Positions 1-10,879 are shown, counted from the first letter of the stretch. The stretch is DNA of 20,000 bases from Ancylonema sp. (GCA_050230475.1 JBFLGF010000050.1:59418-79417), one strand, 5' to 3'. Made by a program: numbers and translations. The notes: generated from the letters alone by a model not told the origin.

Positions 1-270
1 TAGTGCACCTCTCCGATGACTAAACTTTAATTTATCTTCCGTCCCACAGTCGTGTGTAAGGTGTTATTTGTACAGTATTAGTACGAATCCGTAAAAATTT
101 GTTCGTTTGCGTACTCACGATTTTCTTTAGTATAGAAACGTAGTGTGATCGAGGTCCAGCAGTCCGAACCCTTACCAACCGTCGTGCGTTGGTCTAGAGG
201 TTAGGAAGCCACTCGAGTTTTGAACGTTGTATCATACGATACTTTAGGAAGGTGGTCATAAAAGGGATTG
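1..270 (+). repeat. Diverged inverted copy of ~6382-6671 (LTR-terminus-like)
   Basis: TAGTGCACCTCTCCGATGAC...GGAAGGTGGTCATAAAA is the reverse complement of 6382-6671 with scattered substitutions and one ~20-bp indel. Confidence 0.9.
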
Positions 271-649
271 CACAAACGGCCGCTGGCGGCTGGCGGTAGT
301 GCGGTTGGCAGTTGGGCCCCATCCCTATTGAGGAAATCGTAAGTTTGTCGTGAACCACAACCTACCCCCAACTGCTAGTACAAACCCGAGGTGGGAGTCC
401 ATTCCTATTTGGTAAGGATAAGGTTGCACGACTCAGAAAAACAAGTGAGACTTGGGTTGAATCGAATCGCGGTGTCGGAGTGCTGTGGTATATTATGGGT
501 GAACAAGACGATGGCTTGCAGACTCGGCTAAGCCAAGTCTTACCCCTGTAGTGGTACGGGTCTTGTGCTTTAAAATTTAAAGCACATTTAAAGTTTAAAT
601 GCCACAATGCTAATGTATCGGCCATACATATCATGCGAATGCGAGTGTG

Positions 650-3600
650 ATTGTGCCAATTGGCACAACTCGTTGAAAATGACGCATGAACTAGAATGCG
701 AATTCCATCCGTTCTGTAATGATGAAAGTAATCATAGATTGGAGTCGAGGCTCTTTGTTGATCGAATCGGAGTGAACGTTAGGACATGTACATTTTGACC
801 GGTTTTGTATATCCTAAACCGAATTAATACTCACGTGATCCATCCACCAACCAATACAAGTACTCAAACTCAACCATGTGCAACTCTTTTCGCGGCGCCG
901 CAAACCACACCACATGTTATTCCACGTGACCCTACATAGCCGGTCACCAACGTACAACTCCCTACCCCTTACACCAAATATGTCGACCTTGCCGTCTAAT
1001 GCCGTTTTCAAAAGATAACACACACACACCGTGACCGCCCCCATGTAGCCACTACCTCCACCAACCATAGTGGTCATAGGCGCACCAAACAATTTGGGTG
1101 TGAAACCAACCACAATGCCATAGACTCATATTTCCGAAGACCATCAGGAAGCGACGTACATGCCGCGCGCGTTCAATCATCTCAATCAGGTGCCATGTTC
1201 ATACACGAGTTCATTTCGATGTCACTTTAACACTTGGATTTTGTTGTCGCTTCTCAACCGCGCCAGTGCGACAAATGTGGTGTGAGCATGTTCCGTGGTT
1301 ATACCGATTATCCGAAATACAGGTGATAACAGTTGATACCCGCTTTTTCAACGAGTTCAATTTAAACCCGCGTAGTTTTGACGATATTTTTCCCACGCAG
1401 CCTACTTTTCCCTCGATGTAACGAGAACAAATAATGCAAAAAAAATATTTTCCGTCACATCGGTTTCGTTATAAACTTTATGGTGACAATTCCACTTTTG
1501 GTCACCATACGGAGTGATGTGTACGCGTACGGTTCATGCCACTTTTCTACGAGTGCCAAATGCCATTCGTTATAATTGTATACGCGTGAACGATCTATTT
1601 GTTGGTTGTTATTGTTAAATTTTAGGGTCTGTGAACTTTTGTCGGTATATCGATTTTAGGCTTTGTTCGGAAGTTAAGTTTTGAGTTTTGTCGATGTTGT
1701 CGTTTTTCCTATCGATATGATTACGATGATTAGTTATGGCCATCTGGCAGTTTGTCGATAAGTTTCGATGATATGGCACAATACTTGATTATGATTGGAG
1801 TTGACTAATAGTTCTGATCAGTAGAGATCTTTAACTAGGAGGAGGCATGGATCACACTCGATTGTACACAGTTAGGGCTTGCACTTTTGTTGTGTGTGTT
1901 TGTAAAGCTGTGAATGTTTGTGTCAAGAGTGCGAAGACTGTTACTTCTCGACTTATATTCCTATATTTAAGCAAAACTTCTCGCCGGACGATTCTCGTCA
2001 AGACCAACAGTTGGATAAATTACATGACGACATCTAAAAGTGGTATTGTAAATATATAAACGGCATATTATCAAGAACGGATTTTTCACACCGATAATAA
2101 TTTTGGCGAGGAAAAAGAACAAACCGAGGAAATTGTTGATGTATGAAAATATTTTTGATGTCAAATGTGACTCTACTTGTAGGACGATTCCGCACAATCA
2201 TATCACTTTTGTAAGACCTATACAAATTTTGTAGATTCTTGCCACTTTTACAAATATCAAAACGTTGTATTGAATCAAATCTTTAACTCATGTTGTTGTT
2301 CCCAAACATTAAAACACATACAGATGTTACTGAATGTCCCCCCCCACCTCCCAAATACCGATACAAAACTCGAGCCGAGAACAATTGCAATATCTAGCAT
2401 TCAAAATCGAATTGTAACCATGTGCAATTTAGGTGAGGACAAAAATACAATAGAACACCAAATCTACGTTATGAACAAATATAGGGGGTAAGCTTAATAA
2501 TCTAAAGGGGGCATAACACTACAAATGAAAAATCAAAGGTAACATCCCTAGCTACTACGTGATCACGAACGTGCCAAACTACATAGCCATGCAACACTTG
2601 TAAATCTACACCGTAGTCGGTGTGCAAGGTTTACAAGTCTTGCTCGGCACATTTATTTACAATACACCTACACTGTGATATCCAATAGAACCTTTTCGAA
2701 TAAGCTCGCTAGAAGAAACTCACCCATACGAGGAACCACTTTGTGGATTTACCGGAGTAATTACATACATCACAAACGTTGTGGATGTAGAAACATACGA
2801 TGTCATAAACATATTTTCAAGCGGATTTGGATTTTTTCACATAGAAATTCTTTTGTTAATTCCGCTCCGGGCCACCCTCTTGGCATGAATAAACATTCGT
2901 AGTGTTTGGAGCAGCCCCCCACCCTCTTCTTCCACCTTGTGGATAAGTATCCCCCGTTCCTCCCCCTTTGGCATACGCACCCGGTTCTTCCGCCCCCCAT
3001 TCCTTGGACAAACACCTTCTCGGTGCCCCATCAAGCTCGGATGTGCACCCACTCAACCACCTATTTTCGGTGCACGTATCTCTATTGCAAGAGAAGAGGA
3101 ATTTCTCTCGGTGCACCCATCTCTTTTGGAAGAGGAATTTAGTGAAGGGGGGAGACTCATGATCACATTTAGAATGTTTTTAAACCTTCTTTCTGATATG
3201 AAAACAGTTAGTTAAGTACTGCCGCACATCATTTTTGTATTTTTTTGGGGCATAATTTTCTTTCATTGACCACATTTTCTTTACACTAAAGATTCTTACA
3301 CATATTGACGCATGCCACATGTCTCAAATCCGCCACTCCGGAATTAATATCAGATCGTAAATGTAGTAGATCCAGATCGAGCATTTACAAGTTAACGGGT
3401 GTTGTCTATCACCATACTATTTCCCGAATGTTATCATCCTCATATAGCGTTTCCCATTTCCAAGTGCTCACCACATTTTCGTATGTTGGCTCTCTCGACT
3501 TCTACTCCACAACATTTTGGTTTTCGATGTCTATCCAAAGAGATATCTCCTCTCCCGTTGGAGCCACCACCACCCTCTTCGGCACGGGCTACACCGGGAG

Positions 3601-4455
3601 GTTCGTCGAATGGTCACAAAACGTGTGAGGACCCTCGCTATTGTCACTAAGGCTCCCTAGCGAGGCTCCAACACTAAGCACTAGAGCGCTGATAGCGTAG
3701 TTTTCCCTATAGCGAGTTTTGTCCCTTTATAGTGATATGCGTGCCCCTAGCGGCTTTGTCCTTATATCAAGTGTTGACCCTTAGCTTTTCAATTTGTTTT
3801 TGTAACGAGTTCTAGTTATCCCACATCTTGAGTAGAGTTGTGAGAGTCGACTTTCACTATATCTAGTCCATAGGAATGCCATTAGAGCATTCCTATCAAG
3901 TCATGTACTTGCACCTTGTTGTGCCTACCATATCAACCAAAACATTTTGATCATCGGCTCATTGGTCTCCAACCTATCGGCTCATTTCGCGATTGCCTTG
4001 TGTGTGCGCTTGCAACATAGATTGCTAGGAGTTTCATTCTATCCCACTCCTAACAAAACAGATGCATCCGAAGTGTTTCCATAGCAAGCCAATGGGTGTC
4101 GACCTCCGCTAGGAAGCTTGGGACGAACATGTGCTCGCATATGCTAAGAATCTTCAGCAGGTCACAGGGACTGCGCAAAAAGAGAAAAACATATGATTCA
4201 GAAGAGCATCACAACTCACAGAACTCAATGGTGATGATACTGCGGGCACCTCAAACTCTTGTTCGGTCATAAAAGGCGCAGAATTGACCGTTTGCGTCCC
4301 GGAAGTCACAAAAACGTGAGATCACAATTGTGGAAGTTGGGACCTACTTGGAAGCTTGCCAGACTTGGACCGTCAGGGGGAGAACCACGGTAGGCACCGG
4401 AGGACCGTTTTTCGCAAAATTTAGTTATGGAGATGTAATTGATTTTTTTGGGGAC
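650..4455 (+). repeat. Repeat Y, left copy (non-coding; inverted relative to 7850-10170)
   Basis: Reverse complement aligns along its length with 7850-10170, apart from the solo LTR 3624-4060 and a ~1044-bp segment (~988-2031) missing from the right copy. Patchy similarity extends left to TG at 547. Confidence 0.9.
3624..4055 (+). mobile_element. Solo LTR, family C (432 bp, TG...CA) with 5-bp TSD
   Basis: Starts TGTGAGGACCCTCGCTA, ends CCTAACA; flanks AAACG (3619-3623) / AAACA (4056-4060). Absent from the paralogous copy of repeat Y (empty site near 8250). Homologous to 7761-7855 and 19552-20000. Confidence 0.92.
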
Positions 4456-6381
4456 TCTTCGGCGTCCAAGCCTAAACATTTTAGAATCTGGTTTTTTTAC
4501 CATGCCGAAATACCGAGCGAAAGGTCTGCAGCGGAGTCGCGCGATGAGGTGATTTCAGATTCCTGCGATCTTTTCCGGGAGAGGATAGGTGGAAAAGTTA
4601 CAGGTTTGTCTGCCAAATGTGGGAGGTACACAAACTTGTAGAATGGCGGAGAGCACAAACCAACACAAAGCAAGTGTGTTAGTAATCATTAGCCATCCAT
4701 TAATCACTTGGAATTCAGGATAATTGTAAGTTACATTTTTTGGAAAAGTGAGGAAAGGAAGAATCTCATGAGGGTTGCGAATATACCTAGATTATTCTCT
4801 TTTCCTCATGTTCAAAGGCATATGGAGGGTATTAGAGTGACTTCGGGTACCGGTATATTGTTTAATGATCGTGGATTTTCCTCGGAGGCAAGTGTTATTG
4901 AACGACACGCATGAATAAATATGTGTTCAAATATATCATTTTCACTTATGAATTATTAAATGTCCATAAGTATCCACAGGGATAAGAGTGTGGGGTGGTG
5001 TATGAATATTAGTGGTTCATTAGTATGATTTGTTTCAAATTATAAATATGAAAGGGAAAAAGGTTGTTAAAGAATAAGGTCCCCCTCCTTCCTTCCCCCC
5101 TCCTCTACACAATCCGATTTCCCCCCCTGCCTCTCCTCCCCTTCCTCTCCCCCCTATTATTGTCCACACCCAACATGCAAAAATCTTTAGCTCTATATCT
5201 GCTGATAACATATATGTGCCTAAGACGATGGACTTGGGGTTCGGGCCCCACCCATTATCTCTCTGCCACGTGTCATGCTCATTCTGAGAGTATCTGCTAC
5301 GGCTTCGCAAATCTTTGCGCATAAGTCGGAGATATGCTCGGCAATGATCAATTTATCCTGCGGCAAAATGACATAAGCCTAATTTTCATCTGTAGGCAAA
5401 CGTTTCGGCCTGGGCATAATCAGAGCAAATATTTGCCACGTATGCGAACATTGAGTTTCCGATTGGGCAGAATGAAACTCTTCAGTTTTCTACCACGAGC
5501 GGCTAACAATACGAGGATCTGGTTGGTCCAGAGGTTATGCTCAGCCCGATGATTTACGCAATTTCCTAACCATATTCTTGGAAAATTTACGACAAAAGAT
5601 GCATAAATCATTTGGCGGAGTTCCCGGAGCATTTTCTGTTTTTATGCTCTTGGCGTAGCGTTCGCCATTTTAGATGATTTGCGCATAATAGTGGCACAAG
5701 TATCAAGATAATATTCGAGGCCGTAGCGGATGCTCTCAGACATATTCATAGATAGCACAGTGGAAAATATGAAGAACAAAAGGCATCATTGCCAATCAAG
5801 TCATCTCAGCCAATAATGAATCTAGACGTTTTTAGAGTGTCCACACTCAATACGGACCTCGCATAAATATATTGAGGCCCAGACCACCAAAACATACTAC
5901 CGTACCATCCTAAAATAATGATGGGAGCTCAGCTCGGAGCAATATGTCTTTCACGTGAGATGACCTGGAGAAGAGGAAGGATTCGTGGCATGTATATTCA
6001 CCTGCGCATTCCGCCAGGAGATGTGCATTCCACCATAAGAAGCCTCTATCATATTCTCCACAACGACCTCTGCTTCTATGCCATGATGACGGCTCTTGTC
6101 GCGCTACACTTCCGCAAGAAATGAGACGCACTTAAGGGTCAAGCGCATAAGGAGTTATGAAAGTAAGGGATCGTACCTGCGCTCACACGCGGCCACAAGC
6201 AGCAAGAAGGCCGCGCTGGCAATCTGCGACAAAGTGCTCACAGCAGCGCTTTTGGACAGCAGCTGGGGCTTGCTGACGCCACGCACGGTTTAAACTCCTG
6301 TGAACAACGAATTTTTGAGTTTTGACGTTTTCCCGATATTACGGGTAGTCTCTAGATAGGTTGGAGGTAGTCTCTACGTAG

Positions 6382-6674
6382 CAAGTCCCGCTTTTTATGA
6401 CCACCTTCCTAAAGTTGTGGAAGTCAACGTTCAACTCTCGAGTGGCTTCCTTACCCTCTAGACCAAAGCACGACGGTTGGGAAGGGTTCGGACTGCTGGA
6501 CCTCGGCCGGAACTCATTAGGGCGATCACGCTACGTTTCTATACTAAAGAAAATAATGAGTACGCAAATGAACAAATCTCTACGGATTCGTATTAATACC
6601 GTACATATCAACTTACACACAACTTTGGGACGGAATAATAATTAAAGTTAAGTCATCGGAGAGGTGCACTAACA
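6382..6674 (-). repeat. Inverted partner of 1-270, ending ...GGTGCACTAACA (LTR-like terminus at 6674)
   Basis: Reverse-complement match to 1-270; CTAACA/TGTTAG terminus directly next to the F-box gene's downstream region. Confidence 0.8.
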
Positions 6675-6976
6675 TGTACACCTCTGTCGAGCGGATTTTT
6701 TTCCCTGCAACTTAGAAAATCTATCTAATTCCCAGAGCACCATTCCAATTCCATTTATTACGTCATGCACCCAAACTAAATGAAATTTGTCGTGTGTTTT
6801 TAAAACTCCATTCTTGCCAAAAAGACACACAACGTGCATCATATGAGACCAAAAACAATAAAACCACGAGAATAACTTAGCTAGCGAGCTAAAAAATATA
6901 CATCGATTTCAACGAGGCTACAAGTATTAGGGCTAGAATGAAAGCGGACATCGTGTACACCTTGAGCACAGGGAGA

Positions 6977-7760
6977 TCAAAGCGTGTGTGTCGGTAACGG
7001 TTGCTGAGGATCGGGTTTTTCCATTGACCTCAAATTGATCCCCGTGACTCTAACGTCTCCCAAACTTGAGGGGCGCTGCACACCCAAAAGCTTCACTTTT
7101 TTCCACCCCTTGCACGCGAGCAAGGAATCTGACAAGCCTATGTCGGTTACGTGGGAGTAGTGTACTAGTTTCATGTTGCCCATACATTGGAGGGTGGAAA
7201 TGGAGAACAGGCCTTAGTTGGTGACGGAGGAGTAAGACAGATTCACCTAAGGAGGAGGAAAACATACACGAAAAAACAACAAAAACATAGGTCAAACGGT
7301 AGTTTTTTTTTTTTTTTTTTTTTTTTTGGGAACGAAAATACAAACTTATTCATCTGAAACAAAATAAACCGGAAAAAATAGAAGCAACATCAACAAAAAA
7401 TTTCCAACAAATATTGCACTCGAGTTCAAGACAACCGACCATGGAACAACTTTTTTTTTGCATTACGAACGAAAAGTAATTGTTCATGTATTTACTACTT
7501 TTCTTATCCTAGTCCTTTTCTTAAATTCCTTGTGTTTCTTCAGACCCATGACGAACGCGTTCTACAAACGCGGCAAGGCGGGAAGTTTACTTGGCGAAAA
7601 TCCAAGCAATATTTTGCGACGGCTAGCACCCCCATGTCCCCGATTTGACGACACCGATTTGATTTCCAACTCCCTCAAAGAGAGGCAGCCGTGAGCGAGA
7701 GCCATGAGCCCAACGATGGTGAGTTTCTCGCACCGCCGCACTTCCAGGTTGATGAATTGG
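6977..7760 (-). pseudogene. 3' fragment (last two exons) of an F-box/LRR-repeat protein gene, FBL3-like
   Basis: Exon 7760->7591: ...LEVRRCEKLTIVGLMALAHGCLSLRELEIK/RCRQIGDMGVLAVAKYCLDFRQ (extra base near 7657). Phase-0 GT-AG intron 7590->7247. Exon 7246->6977: VNLSYSSVTN*GLFSISTLQCMGNMKLVHYSHVTDIGLSDSLLACKGWKKVKLL...MEKP (stop at 7216-7214). Cysteine-containing LRR pattern and C-terminus resemble plant F-box/LRR-repeat protein 3 (recognised from memory, not searched). Confidence 0.85.
7303..7328. repeat. T26 homopolymer inside the F-box pseudogene intron
   Basis: 26 consecutive T. Confidence 0.95.
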
Positions 7761-7855
7761 TGTTAGGACCCTCGCTATTCTCACTAAAGCTCCCTAGCGA
7801 GTGCCCTACCCTTAGCACTCCTAGCCTAGTGTGCTAGTAGCGAGTGTGTGTCCCC
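7761..7855 (+). mobile_element. 5' fragment of a family C LTR, inserted in an F-box/LRR exon and truncated
   Basis: TGTTAGGACCCTCGCTATTCTCACTAAAGCTCCCTAGCGAG matches the start of 3624-4055; similarity ends at GTCCCC (7850-7855). Confidence 0.88.
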
Positions 7856-10170
7856 GAGACAATCGATTATATCCCACGAACTAAACTCGGCGAAAAACGG
7901 TCCTCCGGCGCCTACCGTGGTTCTCCCCATGGCATCCAAGTCCGGCAATCTTCGAAGTAGGTCCCAACTTTGACAATTTTGATCTCACGTTTTTCGACTT
8001 CCAGGACGCGAAGGGTCAGTTTTGCTACTTTGATGACCGCACAAAATTTGCGGGGCCTGCAGTATCACCACGTTGCCATTTATTTCCGTAAGTTATGATG
8101 CCCTTCCAAAGCATACATTCATTTCTTTGTTTACGGTCCCTGTCACCAGATGAGGATTCTCAACATATGCACGCACATGTCCGTCCGAAACTTCCTTGCG
8201 GAGGTCGACATCCAGCGGCTTGCTATGGCAACACCTCGTATGCACCCGTTTCGTGACCATTCCACGAACATCCTAGTGCAACCCGTGCCAAAGAGGGTTG
8301 TGGTGGCTCGAGCGGGAGAGGAGGTATCTCTTCGGATATGCAGCAAGAACCAAAATGCTTTGAAGTGGAAGTCGAGAGAACCAACATACGAAAATGAGGT
8401 GAGCACTTGGAAATCGGAAACGTTATATGAGGATCATAACATTCGGGAAATAGTATGGAGATAGAGAACACCCGTTAACTTGTAAATGCTCGATTTGGAT
8501 CTACCACATGTACGATATCAGGTTAATTCCGGGATGGCGGATTTGAGACATGTGGCATACGTCAAAATGTGTAAGAATCTTCAGTGAAAAGAAAGTGCCG
8601 TCAATGAAAGGAAATGATGGCCCAAAAAAATACAAAAATGATATGTGGCGGCACTTTACTAACCATTTTCATAACATAACGAAGATTAAAAATATTATAA
8701 ATGTGATCATGACTCTCCCCCCTTCACTAGATTCCTCTCCAAAAGAGATGGGTGCACCGAAAGCAATTCCTCTTGCAATAGAGATACGTGCACCGAAAAT
8801 AGGTGGTCGAGTGAGTGCACATCCGAGCTTGATGGGGCACCGAAAAGGTGTTTGTCCAAGGAATGGGGGGCGGAAGAACCGGGTGCATATGCCAAGGGGG
8901 GAGGAGGGGGGGATACTTATCCACAAGGTGGAAGAGGAGGATGGGGGGCTGCTCCAAACACTACGAATGGTTGAACATGCCAAGAGGGTGGCCCGAAGCG
9001 GAATCGACAAAAGAATTTCGATGTGAAAAAATACAAATCCGCTTGAAAATATGCTTATGACATCATATGTTTCTACATCCACAACGTTTGTGATGTATGT
9101 AATTACTCCAATAATCCACAAATTGGTTCCTTGTATGGGTGAGTTTCTTCTAGCGAGCTTATTCGAGAAGGTTCTATTACATATCACAATGTAGGTGTAT
9201 TGTAAATAGATATGCCGAGCAACACTTGTAAACCTTGCACACCGACTACAGTGTAGATTTACAAGTATTGCATGGCTATGTAGTTTGGCACGTTCGTGAT
9301 CACGTAGTAGCTAGGGATGTCACCGTTGATGTTTCATTTGTAGTGATATACCCGCTTTAGATGATCAAGCTTATCCCCTATATTTTTTAATAACGTAGAT
9401 TTGGTGCTCCTATTTTATTTTTGACCTCACCTCAATCGCAAATAGTTACAATTCGATTTTGAATGCTAGACATTGTTATAGTTCTCGGCACAAGTTCTTG
9501 TATCGGTATTTGGGAGGGGGGGGGGGCATACATCCACATATGTATGTGTTTTGGTGTTTGGGAGCAACAACATGAGTTAGAGATTTGATTCACTACAACG
9601 TTTTGATATTTGTAAAAGTGGTAAGAATCTACAAAATTTGTCTAGGTCTTGCGAAAGTGATATGATTGTGTGGAATCGTCGTACAAGAAAAGTCATATTT
9701 AACATCACGATTCTTTTCATACGACAACAATATTTTTGGTTTTCTTATTTATCCTCGCCATAATTATCTTCGGTGTGAAAGATCGACTCTTAGTAGTATC
9801 CCATTTATTCATACGATACCACTAATAGATGTCGACATGTTTGCTGGAAAAGGAAGGAAGGTGTACGTTGGTGACCGGCTATGGGGGGTCACGTGGAATA
9901 ACATGTGGTGTGGTTTGCGGCGCCGTGAAGAGTTTCACATGGTTTTGTACTTCTATTTGTTGGTAGATGGATCACGTGAGTATTCATTCGGTTTAGGATA
10001 GGCGGAACCGGTCACAATGTACATGTCCTAACGTTCATCCCGATTCGATCAACACAGAAAAGCTCGACTTGGATCCATGGATACCTAACTTTTAATGTTC
10101 CTCCAACAGAGAGAATTCGTATTCAGATTCGTACATCGATAGATTAATGAGTTGTGTCAATTTGCACAAA
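7850..10170 (-). repeat. Repeat Y, right copy (probably part of the 3' LTR region of element B)
   Basis: Inverted copy of 650-987 plus 2024-4455; lies downstream of B's PPT on the - strand. Confidence 0.88.
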
Positions 10171-10879
10171 CCCATGGTATCCAACAAATTTTTCACCATC
10201 CGAGGTTATATTTCCAAGAGGTTTCGAAAATTCAATTTTCACACAAGTATGCTTTGGGAAGCCATTGTGCGGTCGGATTACCATTTCAAGGGTCTTCATA
10301 ACTTTATATGTGTAGGGTCGGCCATAGTGGACCAATCCCTAGCCTGCCATACAAGACTTTAATTTGTGTGTTCGATGACCCGCGTGGAATATATAAAAAG
10401 ACCACTAGTCTGCAAGTGGAGACATCACAGACAATCGGAGATCACATGGATGTGAAGAGAGTGTTGGTCCGAGGAGCCTATATGGATTCGCCTCACAAAT
10501 CGAGGACAAATATGTTTAACCAACCGGTGCGTCGGTTGACTAAAACTACTCGCTAACGTCATTTCACGTGACCTAGGCTATGCCAATATTCATATTCCCT
10601 CACTAGTACTCACTCAAATAATGCAACACTTTGCGAATATTGTGCAACATAAACCGGCACAAAACTATTCCGGTATTCAATTATGAAACTCGCTACGCGC
10701 CACATGCGCCTAAGAGCAACCTACATTTTAGGCGATTCACATTCGCATGCAACAATGCATCCACTCACGTCATAGACACAATACACCACATAGTCACATG
10801 ACCGGACCAAGATAGTTCTACAAGTGTTAGCCATTGCCACAATTTGGCATTTCTCTTGATGAAAGCACACTATACTTCA

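Noticed and set aside
547..586. Helitron 3' end (hairpin followed by terminus) on the - strand
   Set aside because: The terminus reads ...CACTACA, not CTRR, and the hairpin is AT-rich; an LTR terminus fits better.
5238..5250. GGTTCGGGCCCCA resembling the half-tRNA PBS
   Set aside because: Imperfect match, no LTR end before it and no gag after it.
7303..7328. Poly(A) tail of a SINE/LINE or retrocopy on the - strand
   Set aside because: No TSD or element body seen; it sits inside an intron and is best treated as a homopolymer.
8143..8471. ORFs of 82-104 aa, mirrored at 3305-3650
   Set aside because: Several frames are open on both strands, no domain is recognisable, and they lie inside non-coding repeat Y.
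8550..9187. 158-aa and 172-aa overlapping ORFs with counterparts at 2837-3215
   Set aside because: Similarity reflects DNA-level repeat homology. The copies differ by a frame-breaking 5-nt indel (CTCTT near 3090-3100) and no protein motif is recognisable.
10175..10181. TGGTATC resembling a tRNA-Met PBS
   Set aside because: Only 7 nt match (no AGAGC) and no gag follows.
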